Of a DNA stretch of 64,000 nucleotides, positions 30,640 to 41,914 are shown piece after piece (position 1 is the stretch's first letter; each line of letters starts with the position of its first letter). Source of the stretch: an uncultured Bacillota bacterium (lineage in GTDB: Bacteria > Bacillota_I > Bacilli_A > RF39 > UBA660); NCBI GenBank assembly GCA_947650795.1, contig CANSWR010000001.1, positions 64,398 to 128,397 of the forward strand, given 5' to 3'. The notes under the pieces were generated by a model that searched no databases, was not told the DNA's origin, and saw nothing but the letters and a program-made list of their open reading frames with translations. Position numbers and translations under genes: made by a program.

Positions 30640-30987
30640 CTATACTAAAGCATTTCCATCAGAATCTTTAATACTTCCAGTTAATATCATAATGAATTCA
30701 ATAAATGCCCAGATTCCAGTAGCCATTATAAATAATGACCCTATAAGGAATATTAAAGTAATATAACCTATAATAGTTAAAACTAATTGTGTTACAGCTT
30801 TACTTGTATGACCTAAATAAAAGTTATGTGCACCAAAAGTTCCTAAGAAGAAAGCTAATACTGCTGCTACTATTTTATTTTTACTTCCTGCTGCTGCATT
30901 AGAAGCATTAACCATTTTACCACACTTAGTACAAACGTCTGCTCCCTCTGCCAATTCATTTCCACAATTTGAACAAAACTTCTTCAT
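30640..30987 (-). CDS. TM2-domain membrane protein with N-terminal zinc-ribbon
   Basis: MKKFCSNCGNEL...CTKCG zinc ribbon, and the GAHNFYLG TM2-domain motif. ATG at 30987 with RBS GAGGAGG. Confidence 0.7.
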   Translation of the reverse strand: MKKFCSNCGNELAEGADVCTKCGKMVNASNAAAGSKNKIVAAVLAFFLGTFGAHNFYLGHTSKAVTQLVLTIIGYITLIFLIGSLFIMATGIWAFIEFIMILTGSIKDSDGNALV

Positions 30988-31147
30988 AAACAATCCTCCT
31001 CTTACTTACATTATATCATTTTATTTATATTTTTGCTACAATAACCTATTCTTTATGTAAAATATTAAACAAAAAAAGAAACACTTGATTTTATCAAATG
31101 TACTATATTAAAGACTTTTATCTTTATTTCTAAAAGTAAATATTTAT

Positions 31148-32248
31148 CTAAACATTAAATCTAAAATGACATATATCTCCATCTTGCATTATATATTCTT
31201 TACCTTCAAGTCTAGCCTTTCCTGCTTCCTTTACTTTAATTTCATTTCCAAATTTAATTAAATCTTCATAAGACATAACTTCAGCTTTTATAAATCCTTT
31301 TTGAAAATCTGTATGAATTATACCAGCACATTCTGGTGCCTTCATTCCATCCTTAAATGTCCAAGCTCTAACTTCATCACTTCCTACAGTAAAGAAAGTT
31401 TTAAGTCCTAATATTCTATAAGTAGTATTAATCAATTGATCTAAACCACTTTCCTTTATACCAACTTCTTCCAAAAATATCTTTCTTTCACTATCTTCAA
31501 GTTCAGCAAGTTCACTTTCTATCTTAGTACACATAAGAATTACTTCACATCCATGACTACTAGCATAATCACAAACATTATCTACATATGAATTATTATT
31601 CATAACTAAATCCATTTCATTAACATTAGCTAAATAAATCATAGGTTTTAAAGTAATAAAATTAAATGCTTTAATAACCTCAAGCTCATCAATACTTAAA
31701 TCCAAATCTCTTAAAGCTCCACCTTCTGCTAAATGAACTTTACATCTATTAAGAATATCTACCTCTTTTAAAGCAAGCTTATCATTACTAGTCTGAGCTT
31801 TCTTAGTAATTCTATCTAATCTATTACTAACTATCTCAATATCACTAATAGCAAGCTCTAAATTAATAATCTCAATATCTCTAATAGGATTTAAAGATCC
31901 TTCAACATGAATAATATCCTTATCCTCAAAACACCTTACAACCTGTATTACTGCATCTACTTCACGAATATGACTTAAAAATTTATTACCAAGTCCTTCA
32001 CCAGAAGAAGCACCTTTAACTAAACCTGCAATATCAGTAAACTCATACTGTGTAGGTATAGTTCTTTCAGGTAAATACATATTTTCTAAAACTTCCAATC
32101 TTTCATCAGGTACAGTAACAGTTCCCAAATTAGGATCTATAGTAGCAAAAGGATAATTTGCTGCCAAAATATTTTTTTTAGTAATTGCATTAAAAAGTGT
32201 ACTTTTTCCAACATTAGGCATTCCTATAATACCTGCTTTAAGTGCCAT
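31148..32248 (-). CDS. ychF: Ribosome-binding ATPase YchF
   Basis: MALKAGIIGMPNVGKSTLFNAIT, a Obg-family G domain and a C-terminal TGS domain. Confidence 0.95.
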   Translation of the reverse strand: MALKAGIIGMPNVGKSTLFNAITKKNILAANYPFATIDPNLGTVTVPDERLEVLENMYLPERTIPTQYEFTDIAGLVKGASSGEGLGNKFLSHIREVDAVIQVVRCFEDKDIIHVEGSLNPIRDIEIINLELAISDIEIVSNRLDRITKKAQTSNDKLALKEVDILNRCKVHLAEGGALRDLDLSIDELEVIKAFNFITLKPMIYLANVNEMDLVMNNNSYVDNVCDYASSHGCEVILMCTKIESELAELEDSERKIFLEEVGIKESGLDQLINTTYRILGLKTFFTVGSDEVRAWTFKDGMKAPECAGIIHTDFQKGFIKAEVMSYEDLIKFGNEIKVKEAGKARLEGKEYIMQDGDICHFRFNV

Positions 32249-32259
32249 AAAATCCCCTC

Positions 32260-33789
32260 CTAAAATGACAAACTAGGCGAACTTCCTATACCAATTGGAA
32301 GTCCAGAAATATAAAATCCTAGTATCAATAAAATCCATAGTACTATCATTGCTGCTCCATAACTAGTCATATATCCGAACGACTTAGTTAAAGTAACTTG
32401 ATTACTTTTATCATACTTTTCCATATAAGCAATATAAATAACATAATAAAGCATTATTGGAGTAAATGCAAGAGATAAACTAGAACCCCCTACGTAAACT
32501 ATCTGAGAAAATTCAGGACTAACACTTGCATTCATTAAAGCTGGTATAACTTGTCCACTCATGACTTGCCATTTAGAAACAAGTCCAGTATAGAAAAGTC
32601 CTGCAATAATAGAAATAACAAATAATAATACAACTAGTCCAAGTCCAGAAAAAGTAAAAGTATTCATCAAATGTGATAACAAAGCAACCACTACTAAACC
32701 TATATTACTTTTTTGAAAAGTGCTTATAAATAAACTAGAAACAAATATTAACACTAGTATACTTCCTACACCATCTAAAGAATAAGAAAGGCAATCACTA
32801 ACATCTTGATTACTTCTTATAGTCTTAGCCATAAATCCATAAGCAAGTCCTACTACAATAAATAAAAATGTAATTATAAATACAAAGCCTTGACTGAATA
32901 ATGAGTTTACACCAAAAAGCTTATCAATATAAAATGTTCCGTTAGCGTCTAATAAACCTCCACTAAAAGGAAGCCCTGGAACTACCATATATACAACTGC
33001 TAAAATATAAAGAAGTGCTGCTCCTATTCCCACTACTAAACCTCTTAGTTCTCTATTAGTAAATCTCACTTTATCTAAAGTTTCAACTTCATCAAATTCA
33101 TATTTTCCCAACTTAGGCATTATTGTTTTCTCTGTAACTCTAGTCATTACTATTGCTGCTATAATTACAGCAACTAACATAATAAATAACTGAAAATATT
33201 GTTCAACAGCATAATCAGAATCAATAACCCTAGCAGCAGTTAAAGTATAATTAAGTAAACTACTATCAGTACTAGACATAAAAATATTTATTCCATATCC
33301 AAAACACATTCCAGCAAATGATGAAATAATTCCACCAAAAGGATGTCTATGACCATACTTAAACAACATAGCGCCTATAGGTAATAACAAAACAAAACCT
33401 ATTTCACCAAATATACTAGCAAGAATACTAATTAATATTAAAACAAAAGTAATACTATTCTTTCTAAAATTTTGTGTTATTAAAGTAAAAAATGTTTTTG
33501 CAAATCCAGACTTTTCAAGAACTCCTATTCCTATTAAAATAATTATTAAAGTACTTAAAGGAGCAAAATTAACAAAATTAGTAACTGTATTAGAAATGAT
33601 ATATTTTATACCACTACCACTAAGTAAATTCTCAACTTGAATTACATTATTTTGAAGAGTATTAGTAAAAGAATTAACAGTACTATATTCAGCTTGTAAA
33701 TTAAAAAGTGACAAAACAAAACTAAGAATTATTGTAACAAAAGTCATTATTATAAAAATAAATATAGGATTAAATCTCTTATTTTTCAT
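32260..33789 (-). CDS. AbgT/MtrF-family transporter
   Basis: 509 aa. The N-terminal pattern LLSGSGIKYIISNTVTNFVNFAPLSTLIIILIGIGVLEKSGF matches the AbgT family. Confidence 0.7.
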   Translation of the reverse strand: MKNKRFNPIFIFIIMTFVTIILSFVLSLFNLQAEYSTVNSFTNTLQNNVIQVENLLSGSGIKYIISNTVTNFVNFAPLSTLIIILIGIGVLEKSGFAKTFFTLITQNFRKNSITFVLILISILASIFGEIGFVLLLPIGAMLFKYGHRHPFGGIISSFAGMCFGYGINIFMSSTDSSLLNYTLTAARVIDSDYAVEQYFQLFIMLVAVIIAAIVMTRVTEKTIMPKLGKYEFDEVETLDKVRFTNRELRGLVVGIGAALLYILAVVYMVVPGLPFSGGLLDANGTFYIDKLFGVNSLFSQGFVFIITFLFIVVGLAYGFMAKTIRSNQDVSDCLSYSLDGVGSILVLIFVSSLFISTFQKSNIGLVVVALLSHLMNTFTFSGLGLVVLLFVISIIAGLFYTGLVSKWQVMSGQVIPALMNASVSPEFSQIVYVGGSSLSLAFTPIMLYYVIYIAYMEKYDKSNQVTLTKSFGYMTSYGAAMIVLWILLILGFYISGLPIGIGSSPSLSF

Positions 33790-33964
33790 TTTCCACCACT
33801 TTCTTTAACTTCCTTTCAAACTCCATTCTATCCATCATAATAGTTCTTCCACAATTTACACATTCTAATTTAATATCCACACCAAGTCTAACAATCTTCC
33901 AAAGATTTTCTCCACAAGGATGTGATTTTTTCATTATAACTACACTACCAAGCTCGTATTTCAT
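33779..33964 (-). CDS. DUF951-family small protein
   Basis: MKYELGSVVIMKKSHPCGENLWKIVRLGVDIKLECVNCGRTIMM. It sits in the conserved position downstream of parB. Confidence 0.7.
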   Translation of the reverse strand: MKYELGSVVIMKKSHPCGENLWKIVRLGVDIKLECVNCGRTIMMDRMEFERKLKKVVENEK

Positions 33965-33971
33965 ATACCAC

Positions 33972-34868
33972 CTAATCTAAATTTATATTAACATTTAAAA
34001 TTTCTAAAATTCTCTCTAAATCTTTATCACTATCAAAAGGAATAACAATATTTTTATTATTAACCTTTACTAAAGTTCCTATTTTCTCTCTCATTATTCT
34101 TTGAATATGAACATGCCTTTCATCTTTCACTTCATGTCTTTTAATCTGAACTTTCTTTTCAAATTCGCCTTCACTCAGAGCATTTTCCAAATCTCTTACA
34201 CTCATCTTTTCATCTATTACTCTATTAGCTAAAGTCACAATCTGCTCTTCATTATTTAATTTACTAAGACATCTTGCATGTCCCATACTTATTTTATTAG
34301 ATAAAACTAAATCTTGAACGCTTTTTGGTAAACATAATATACCTAAAATATTAGTTATATGACTTCTACTTTTTCCAACCTTTTTACTTAATTCTTCTTG
34401 AGTCAAATGAAGTTTCTCAAGCATATTTTTATAAGCCATAGCTTCTTCTATAACATTCAAATTCTCTCTTTGAATATTTTCTAAAATTGCTATGCTCATC
34501 ATTTCTTCATCTGTAAAATCACGAACAATAGCAGGTATAGTATCAAGTCCAGCTTTTCTAGCAGCCAAACTTCTTCTCTCACCTGCAACAATCTCAAAAC
34601 CTTTTATACTCTTCTTAACTATAATCGGTTCAATGACTCCATATTCCTTTATACTAGTAGTAAGCTCATCCAACTTTTCTGGATCAAACACTTTTCTTGG
34701 TTGATAAGGATTACTTCTTAATTCACTTAAATTAACTTGAACAACATCCTCTTTAGAAGTAGTTTCAACTATAGACTTTTCAAATTCATCTATATTAAAT
34801 GCTTCATTACTAAATAATTGCTCAAGCCCCCTCCCTAGCGCTTTCCTCTTGTTTTCCATCTCTCTCAA
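33972..34868 (-). CDS. parB: Chromosome partitioning protein ParB/Spo0J
   Basis: KALGRGLEQLF, IVAGERRSLAARKAGL and an HTH. The true start may be a downstream Met; the ORF overlaps the parA end. Confidence 0.9.
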   Translation of the reverse strand: MREMENKRKALGRGLEQLFSNEAFNIDEFEKSIVETTSKEDVVQVNLSELRSNPYQPRKVFDPEKLDELTTSIKEYGVIEPIIVKKSIKGFEIVAGERRSLAARKAGLDTIPAIVRDFTDEEMMSIAILENIQRENLNVIEEAMAYKNMLEKLHLTQEELSKKVGKSRSHITNILGILCLPKSVQDLVLSNKISMGHARCLSKLNNEEQIVTLANRVIDEKMSVRDLENALSEGEFEKKVQIKRHEVKDERHVHIQRIMREKIGTLVKVNNKNIVIPFDSDKDLERILEILNVNINLD

Positions 34869-35634
34869 TCACTTCCTTCGCTAAATTAATATAAGCAAGT
34901 GCACCTCTACACTTTGGATCATATTCTAAAATTGGTTTACCATGACTTGGTGCTTCTACTAATCTTACAAGTCTAGGTATTATAGTATTAAACACTTTCT
35001 CTTTAAAAAATTTTCTAACATCTTCTACTACTTCTAAACCAACTAATGTTCTACCATCAAGCATAGTAAGTAATACTCCTTCAATATCCAATTTAGGATT
35101 TATCTTACTCTGTGTAAGTAATATAGTATTAAGTAACTGAGTAACACCTTCTAATGAATAGTATTCACATTGAACTGGTATTAAAACACTATCACTAGCC
35201 GCTAAAGCATTAGTAGTTAAAACTCCTAAAGTAGGTGGACAATCTATTAAAATATAATCATATCTATCTCTAATAGTATCAATTTGTAATTTAAGTTGAT
35301 CTCCAATAATATAATCTTGCTCTGTCATAGCATTTTGCATTAATTCCATCTCAGCCCCGCTAAGATAAATCATTGATGGAATAATACTAAGATTTTTAAA
35401 TTTAGTCTTAAGAATAGCCTCTTTAATATCACAACTATGCATTATTACATCATACACACTTTTACTAATATCAGCTTTATTAAGACCTAGTCCTGTAGTA
35501 CTATTACTTTGAGGGTCAAAGTCAATTAACAAAACTTTTTTTCCCAAATGTCCTAAAGCACTGCTCAAATTAATACTAGTGGTTGTTTTGCCTACCCCAC
35601 CCTTTTGATTTACAAGTGATATAACCTTTCCCAT
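34822..35634 (-). CDS. parA: Chromosome partitioning ATPase ParA/Soj
   Basis: MGKVISLVNQKGGVGKTTTSINLS, the deviant Walker A. Confidence 0.9.
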   Translation of the reverse strand: MGKVISLVNQKGGVGKTTTSINLSSALGHLGKKVLLIDFDPQSNSTTGLGLNKADISKSVYDVIMHSCDIKEAILKTKFKNLSIIPSMIYLSGAEMELMQNAMTEQDYIIGDQLKLQIDTIRDRYDYILIDCPPTLGVLTTNALAASDSVLIPVQCEYYSLEGVTQLLNTILLTQSKINPKLDIEGVLLTMLDGRTLVGLEVVEDVRKFFKEKVFNTIIPRLVRLVEAPSHGKPILEYDPKCRGALAYINLAKEVIERDGKQEESAREGA

Positions 35635-35881
35635 AATATACTACCTCACTATAAACAATTTTAGCACAAATCATAAAATAAATATACAGTTAATTTAATA
35701 TATTTAGAATTATTTTGCCTATTATAAGAATAACATTTTTTTTAGTATTCTTCAAGAACAATTATAAAGAATAAAAAAGCTAAAATTAACACCTAACTTA
35801 AAAAGAAAATTATTTTTTTTATTTCTAATCAATAATTTCAATACCTCAAAATATATTATGTAAAACAAAAAACCAAAGATT

Positions 35882-37768
35882 TTATTCTTCAGTTTCTTCT
35901 TTAACATTTTTCTTAGTTTTATTACCTGATTTATAATCTTTAACTATTTCCTCAATCTCTTCCTTAGTTAAAGTTTCTTTTTCTTCAAGAGTATTTGCAA
36001 GTATATCAACTAACTTTTTATTTTTACTTAGAATATCCTTAGCTCTCTTGTAACACTCATCTACAATCTTTCTAATTTCCTTATCTATCTCAAGTGCTAC
36101 AGCATCAGAATAATTTTTTGAACTATTAGTATAATCTCTACCTAAGAAAACTTCGCCACTTCTATGTTCTAATTGAACAGGACCTAAATCACTCATACCA
36201 TATTCAGTTACCATACTTCTTGCAATATGAGTTGCTCTCTTAAAGTCATCACTAGCGCCTGTACTAATTTCACCTAAAAATAGTTCTTCACTAACACGTC
36301 CACCTAAATAACAAGTAATTCTTTGAAGAAGCTCATCTTTAGTAGAAATCATGGTTCTCTCTTCCTTTGGAAGCATTTGAGTATAACCACCTGCCATACC
36401 TCTTGGAATAATAGTAATCTTATGAACCTCTTCTCCATTAGGAAGTTCTATTCCTAAAACGGCATGCCCACTTTCATGATAAGCAACAACTTTTTTCTCA
36501 AATGGAGTAACCTTTCTACTTACCTTAGCAGGTCCCATAAGAACTCTATCACTTGCTTCATCCATCTCATTCATAGTAATACTTTCTTTATTTCTTCTAA
36601 CAGCCAACAATGCAGCTTCATTAAGAAGATTTTCTAAATCCGCCCCACTATATCCAGGAGTTCTCTCAGCTAAATGCTTTAACTTAACTTCTTCAGAAAT
36701 AACCTTTCCTTTAGCATGAACATTTAAAATTGCTTCCCTTTCTCTAACATCTGGTAAATTAACAGTAACTTGTCTATCAAATCTACCTGGTCTCAATAAA
36801 GCAGGATCTAAAACATCTGGTCTATTAGTAGCAGCTATTATAATTATTCCTTCATTAGCGCCAAAACCATCCATCTCAGTAAGTAATTGATTAAGTGTTT
36901 GTTCTCTCTCATCGTGTCCACCGCCAAGACCAGTTCCTCTTTGTCTACCTACTGCATCTATTTCATCAATAAATATAAGACAAGGAGCTGTTTGTTTAGC
37001 TTGTTTAAACATATCTCTAACACGACTAGCACCTACACCTACGAATAATTCAACAAAATCACTACCACTTATATAATAAAATGGAACTTTTGCTTCACCC
37101 GCTACTGCTTTTGCAAGTAATGTCTTACCAGTTCCTGGAGGCCCTACTAAAAGTACGCCTTTAGGAATTCTAGCACCTAATTTTTGAAACTTCTTAGGGT
37201 TTCTAAGAAAATCAATTAACTCTTTAACTTCTTCTTTCTCTTCATTAAGTCCAGCAACATCTTTAAATGTTACTTTTCCACCATCTTGATTTAACTTTGC
37301 TCTACTTCTACCAAAATCTAAAGTACCACCTTTACCTTGACTAAGCATAGCTCTCATCAAATAAAAAGTTACAATACCTATAAGTGCCAAAGGAATAATC
37401 TCCATAACAATAGATATCCAGCTAATACTACTAGAATCTTTATTTATATCAACATTTAACCCTTGTTTAGTAGTTTCAGCCAAAACTGTTTCAATGACAC
37501 TATCAGTATAAGGCACTATAAGTTCAAATGTTTCATTATTCTTATATCCTTCTAATTTTCCCTTTAAATAATAAACACTATCTCTACTCCTTGGAGTAAC
37601 CTCTAACTCATTTACTTGCTCCTTAGTTAAATTATTCATAAATTCATTATAATTTAACTCATGAACAATAGCACTTTTCATGTTATATAGAAAGAATACT
37701 ATCATTACAACTGCAAAAAGCACCAAATAAGGCATAAATAACTTTGTCATACTTGTTTTCTTCTTCAT
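35882..37768 (-). CDS. ftsH: ATP-dependent zinc metalloprotease FtsH
   Basis: AAA module ([18 protein letters not shown]), SRH and the HESGHA zinc site. Confidence 0.95.
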   Translation of the reverse strand: MKKKTSMTKLFMPYLVLFAVVMIVFFLYNMKSAIVHELNYNEFMNNLTKEQVNELEVTPRSRDSVYYLKGKLEGYKNNETFELIVPYTDSVIETVLAETTKQGLNVDINKDSSSISWISIVMEIIPLALIGIVTFYLMRAMLSQGKGGTLDFGRSRAKLNQDGGKVTFKDVAGLNEEKEEVKELIDFLRNPKKFQKLGARIPKGVLLVGPPGTGKTLLAKAVAGEAKVPFYYISGSDFVELFVGVGASRVRDMFKQAKQTAPCLIFIDEIDAVGRQRGTGLGGGHDEREQTLNQLLTEMDGFGANEGIIIIAATNRPDVLDPALLRPGRFDRQVTVNLPDVREREAILNVHAKGKVISEEVKLKHLAERTPGYSGADLENLLNEAALLAVRRNKESITMNEMDEASDRVLMGPAKVSRKVTPFEKKVVAYHESGHAVLGIELPNGEEVHKITIIPRGMAGGYTQMLPKEERTMISTKDELLQRITCYLGGRVSEELFLGEISTGASDDFKRATHIARSMVTEYGMSDLGPVQLEHRSGEVFLGRDYTNSSKNYSDAVALEIDKEIRKIVDECYKRAKDILSKNKKLVDILANTLEEKETLTKEEIEEIVKDYKSGNKTKKNVKEETEE

Positions 37769-37786
37769 TTGTTTTCTCCTCTCAAT

Positions 37787-39112
37787 TTAATAATACTTTA
37801 GTATTATATCATACTCTTCTTTACTTTCTTTGTCAAATTTACTTTTCTTTAAACCAGGTAACCAAATTATAATGTTATTAGCATCACAAACTATAGGCCA
37901 TATATTTCTATCTTTAGTTATCAATTTTTTCTCAATAAATATATCATTAACTTTTTTATGACCATCCATACCTTTAACTTCCATTTTATCTCCATTTCTT
38001 CTAGTTCTCACATGAAGAGGTAAAAGAACTTCCTTAGAACTTAATCTAGTAACATAATTAGAAGTATCATCACTATTACTAACCAATTCTATATTTTTTC
38101 CATTGGGCAAATTAACAACACTATTTATTTCTATTTCATAAATATCTGCCTGCTCATCATCAAATCCAAATCCTATCTCACTATAACTTTTAATAACCTT
38201 AACATTATTAGGTAAATGCACTATTGCCTGAGCTTTACTTCCGTTAATTAAATCAAATATAAGCTTTACATGAGTATTAGTAATAATGAATAAATCATCC
38301 CCATATATTTTCTCCAAAATATTATAAATTATCTTAGTCTGAATAAGATGATCCAATTCTTGAAACTTAGAAGTATCCAAAATACCATTTTTAAAAACTC
38401 TATTAAAGACTAAATTCATTTCTTTATCAATATAATTATTATATTCCATTAAAGTTTCACTAAACTTCAAAAATTTTTCATGAACCATAGGATCTTCTTC
38501 TTTAAAAAAAGGAAGAACATATTTGCGGTATCTATTTCTAGTATATACATCTTTCATATTAGACCTATCTACAAAATATTTAACTTTATTAAGTTTGCAA
38601 TAATCTTCAAGTTCCTTTTTAGTTTTAGTTATAAGAGGTCTTAATATCACATAATCTTTTTTTACTATTCTTTTAGAAAAACCACTATATCCTTTAAGCG
38701 TACTTCCTCTTACAATTCTCATAAGAATAGTTTCCATAAGATCATCTCCATGATGTGCTGTCATAAGCATACTGGAATTATATTCCTTACAAATCTTATC
38801 AAAAAAATTATATCTCATAGTTCTTGCTTCATTATGAAAATTATCATCTCCATAATTTGAAATTTTCATATACTCAAAATGAAGTCCTTCTTTTAAACAG
38901 AACTTTTTTAAATAGTCCGCCTCTTCTTCACTTTCTTCCCTAAGTCCATGATTTACATGACAAACTACTACTATCAAATTTAGCTCACTCTTTAACTTAA
39001 TAATAATATCAAGTAAAGCCATAGAATCTGGCCCTCCAGAAATTCCCAAACAAACAGTATCTCTGTAGTTTATACCACTTCCCTTGAGTAAATACTCATA
39101 TATTTCTTCCAT
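37787..39112 (-). CDS. tilS: tRNA(Ile)-lysidine synthetase
   Basis: The PP-loop SGGPDS in LGISGGPDSMALL and the TilS C-terminal domain. Confidence 0.9.
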   Translation of the reverse strand: MEEIYEYLLKGSGINYRDTVCLGISGGPDSMALLDIIIKLKSELNLIVVVCHVNHGLREESEEEADYLKKFCLKEGLHFEYMKISNYGDDNFHNEARTMRYNFFDKICKEYNSSMLMTAHHGDDLMETILMRIVRGSTLKGYSGFSKRIVKKDYVILRPLITKTKKELEDYCKLNKVKYFVDRSNMKDVYTRNRYRKYVLPFFKEEDPMVHEKFLKFSETLMEYNNYIDKEMNLVFNRVFKNGILDTSKFQELDHLIQTKIIYNILEKIYGDDLFIITNTHVKLIFDLINGSKAQAIVHLPNNVKVIKSYSEIGFGFDDEQADIYEIEINSVVNLPNGKNIELVSNSDDTSNYVTRLSSKEVLLPLHVRTRRNGDKMEVKGMDGHKKVNDIFIEKKLITKDRNIWPIVCDANNIIIWLPGLKKSKFDKESKEEYDIILKYY

Positions 39113-39113
39113 A

Positions 39114-39761
39114 CTACTCTCCTAGTTTTTGCACAACATTAAGCTTATTATTATCTTTAATTAAATAAAATACTCCTGTTTTATCATAACCTAAATCTTT
39201 TTCATACTCCCATTGAGCACTGACTTTATATGCCTCATAACTATTATCATTATAAGTATAACTTTCACTTACTATTTCATTAATAGTTACACTACTTACA
39301 ATAGGTAATTCTTGAACTCTATCACCATAAACATTATTTTTAATATGTCCATACATAGTATCACCTGAATGCATGATAAAATTATCTAACATATCATGAT
39401 GAATAAATTCTGTTCCTCCAATATCACTACTAGTTATTTTATTATTCAAAGTATAAAAATCAGTAACAAATAATTTAGTTAACCCACCTGCATATTCTTC
39501 CCAATTTAATTCTTCTTTACTCAAAATCTCTTTTAATTCATCAAAATATGTTTTATATAAAGAAGTATCTAAATCATCCAAAGTATATCCATAAATCTCT
39601 AAATTATCTAATTCCTTTTTTGATTTAATTTCTTTATCATCTGTTATAAAGAAATCAAACACAACTTTAACAGAAGTTACAGCAACTATTATAACAGTTA
39701 TTACAATAACTGAAAAGTAAAATAATCTATTTCTATTTATTTTTTTCTGCTTCTTTTTCAT
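39114..39761 (-). CDS. Membrane-anchored hypothetical protein, cotranscribed with the LtaS-like gene
   Basis: 215 aa with an N-terminal TM helix. The upstream LtaS-like gene overlaps it by 29 nt. Confidence 0.5.
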   Translation of the reverse strand: MKKKQKKINRNRLFYFSVIVITVIIVAVTSVKVVFDFFITDDKEIKSKKELDNLEIYGYTLDDLDTSLYKTYFDELKEILSKEELNWEEYAGGLTKLFVTDFYTLNNKITSSDIGGTEFIHHDMLDNFIMHSGDTMYGHIKNNVYGDRVQELPIVSSVTINEIVSESYTYNDNSYEAYKVSAQWEYEKDLGYDKTGVFYLIKDNNKLNVVQKLGE

Positions 39762-41832
39762 TTAAAATCACCCTTTCCAAATTATCTTTTTCCTTATCTA
39801 TTAAATCATGTACTATTATAGATTTACTTACATCTAATCTTTCATCAGCATACTCTTTTATTCTTTCTATATATAGAGTATCTATAGGTTCCTCTGTTAA
39901 AGGTATGTATTCTTCTCTTAAATTATTATAAAATCCTTTATTAGTTAATACATCTCCATTAGGAAAAACTACTATCTTTTCATTACCAGAAAAAATATCA
40001 TTACCAAGAGCATATTTATAATCAAATCCAAACATATTTGCTATTGTAGGAAGCACATCCCACATACCCATAACATCTGTAACTTCTCTTTTTAAACTAT
40101 CACTACCATCCCAAATAATTAATGGAGTATTCTTAATTAAATCATATTTATAATTATCAAAACTTACAAATGTAGGATCATCTTCACTTTTTATATCTCC
40201 TGTCATTGGATCATAATTATATAAAAGACTTAAATTCTTTTTACCTAATTTACTTTCATGATCACCATAAAATACAATAATTGTATCTTCAAGCATTCCA
40301 CTTTGTTTTAAAGCTTCAAAAAATTCTCCCAAAGCCTCATCAGCATAATGTGCACTTTTTAAATAATTACCCATCTCTGTGTCTTCTAAATATGGAACTG
40401 TCACAGTCTCTCGAATCTCTATTCCATTCGCATCATATTCACCTGTAGGTTTTTCAAAAGTAATGCTAAAATCTAATTCTCCATATTTATCTACATCTGC
40501 AAAAGGACTATGATTGCTAAGTGTTATTACAGTACCCATAAAAGGTTTATTACTATTTCTAATTTCTGTCAAAATTGGCATAACTTGATTAAAGAAAGAT
40601 TTATCAGAAAGACCAAGACCTATAAAATTCTCATCATTCTTATCTGAAGGTACTATAAAACTATCTTTAGCATAAAACTTTTTATATCCTAATGACTTAT
40701 ACATAGTTTCTCTATTCCAATAACTAGCTGCATTTGCATGCATACTGAACGTATAATATCCTAAAGAATTAAATTTCTTTTGAATAGTTTCATAATTTCT
40801 ATTAGAATAATTAACAAATACTGTACCACTAGAACTAGGTAATAATCCAGTACTCAAAGTAAACTCTGTATCACTACTAGTCCCTATACTTATTTGTGGA
40901 TAAAAACTTGAAAAATATAACCCTTCATGAGCAATTTTATTCAAATTTGGAGTTATCTCTATTCCATTAATTTCTAAATCTATCAAATAATTTTGAATAC
41001 TTTCTCCATGTATAAAGATAACATTTTTACCCTTAAATATATCAGTATAATCATTTTTCTCATGAGTATAATCTTTATTAGCATAAAAATCTCTAAAAAC
41101 TTTTGCCGAACTATCATATCCAAACATAGGACTTATAGATGGTTGAATACTTTGAACTAAATCATTAAAGGTATAAAAATATAGACCAAATCTCTGTACT
41201 ATAAAATCTCTATTCCATTGCTTAACTAATCTACTTCCTTCTTGATTAGTTAAAGTAATAATGATGAAGAATACAATTAATAAAGATACTGAAGATGTTC
41301 TAGTAAACATTTTCTTACCTTTTTCATATCTCCCTACAGTAAAATGATATTTCTTCTTAGAAAGTAATCTATTGACAATTATCAAAGTTATAGGCGCTAA
41401 TAAATATATGAAATAAATAATTTTTAACTTGTGAGTTACAGAATCACTTACCTCTCCTAGCATAGACAAAGTTCCTAATAAACTTACACTAACAAAACTC
41501 ATATAAAATGTATAATAAATATGATTTAAAATACATAAAAATGTATAAAAAGCATTAAGACCAAAAAAATACTTAAATTGATGCTTAGGATTTATCAAAT
41601 ATCCAAAAGATCCTAATAAAAGCACAACAGCTAAATCACAAAGTAACGCTTTAAAATCGTTAATAATCCCTATAGTAAAATACCTAAGAAGAAAACTTAT
41701 TAAAACTGAAGTAATTACATAAGTCAAAAACAAAATATTTGTAGAAAAATATTTTTTTAATCTTCTAAGTAATCTCTTATATGTTAGTTTAAAACGTTCA
41801 GCATTAAACTTCTTTTTAATCTTTTCAAACAT
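39733..41832 (-). CDS. LtaS-family lipoteichoic acid synthase / phosphoglycerol transferase (sulfatase-fold)
   Basis: Five N-terminal TM helices and an extracellular alkaline-phosphatase-superfamily domain (IFIHGESIQ, GTSSDTEFTLSTGLLP, SNHSPF). Confidence 0.8.
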   Translation of the reverse strand: MFEKIKKKFNAERFKLTYKRLLRRLKKYFSTNILFLTYVITSVLISFLLRYFTIGIINDFKALLCDLAVVLLLGSFGYLINPKHQFKYFFGLNAFYTFLCILNHIYYTFYMSFVSVSLLGTLSMLGEVSDSVTHKLKIIYFIYLLAPITLIIVNRLLSKKKYHFTVGRYEKGKKMFTRTSSVSLLIVFFIIITLTNQEGSRLVKQWNRDFIVQRFGLYFYTFNDLVQSIQPSISPMFGYDSSAKVFRDFYANKDYTHEKNDYTDIFKGKNVIFIHGESIQNYLIDLEINGIEITPNLNKIAHEGLYFSSFYPQISIGTSSDTEFTLSTGLLPSSSGTVFVNYSNRNYETIQKKFNSLGYYTFSMHANAASYWNRETMYKSLGYKKFYAKDSFIVPSDKNDENFIGLGLSDKSFFNQVMPILTEIRNSNKPFMGTVITLSNHSPFADVDKYGELDFSITFEKPTGEYDANGIEIRETVTVPYLEDTEMGNYLKSAHYADEALGEFFEALKQSGMLEDTIIVFYGDHESKLGKKNLSLLYNYDPMTGDIKSEDDPTFVSFDNYKYDLIKNTPLIIWDGSDSLKREVTDVMGMWDVLPTIANMFGFDYKYALGNDIFSGNEKIVVFPNGDVLTNKGFYNNLREEYIPLTEEPIDTLYIERIKEYADERLDVSKSIIVHDLIDKEKDNLERVILNEKEAEKNK

Positions 41833-41895
41833 TCTACATTACCTCGGTATAAATATTATATCAAAAACATATAACATTTTCAATTAATTGAAAAA

Positions 41896-41913
41896 ACACT
41901 ATGTATACATAGT
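41896..41913 (-). terminator. Rho-independent terminator after the third TasA-like gene
   Basis: Perfect 9-bp palindrome CACTATGTA/TACATAGTG, followed on the minus strand by TTTTTT. Confidence 0.6.
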
Positions 41914-41914
41914 G

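Noticed and set aside
34492-34704. Plus-strand ORF inside parB
   Set aside because: Antisense to ParB. No RBS.
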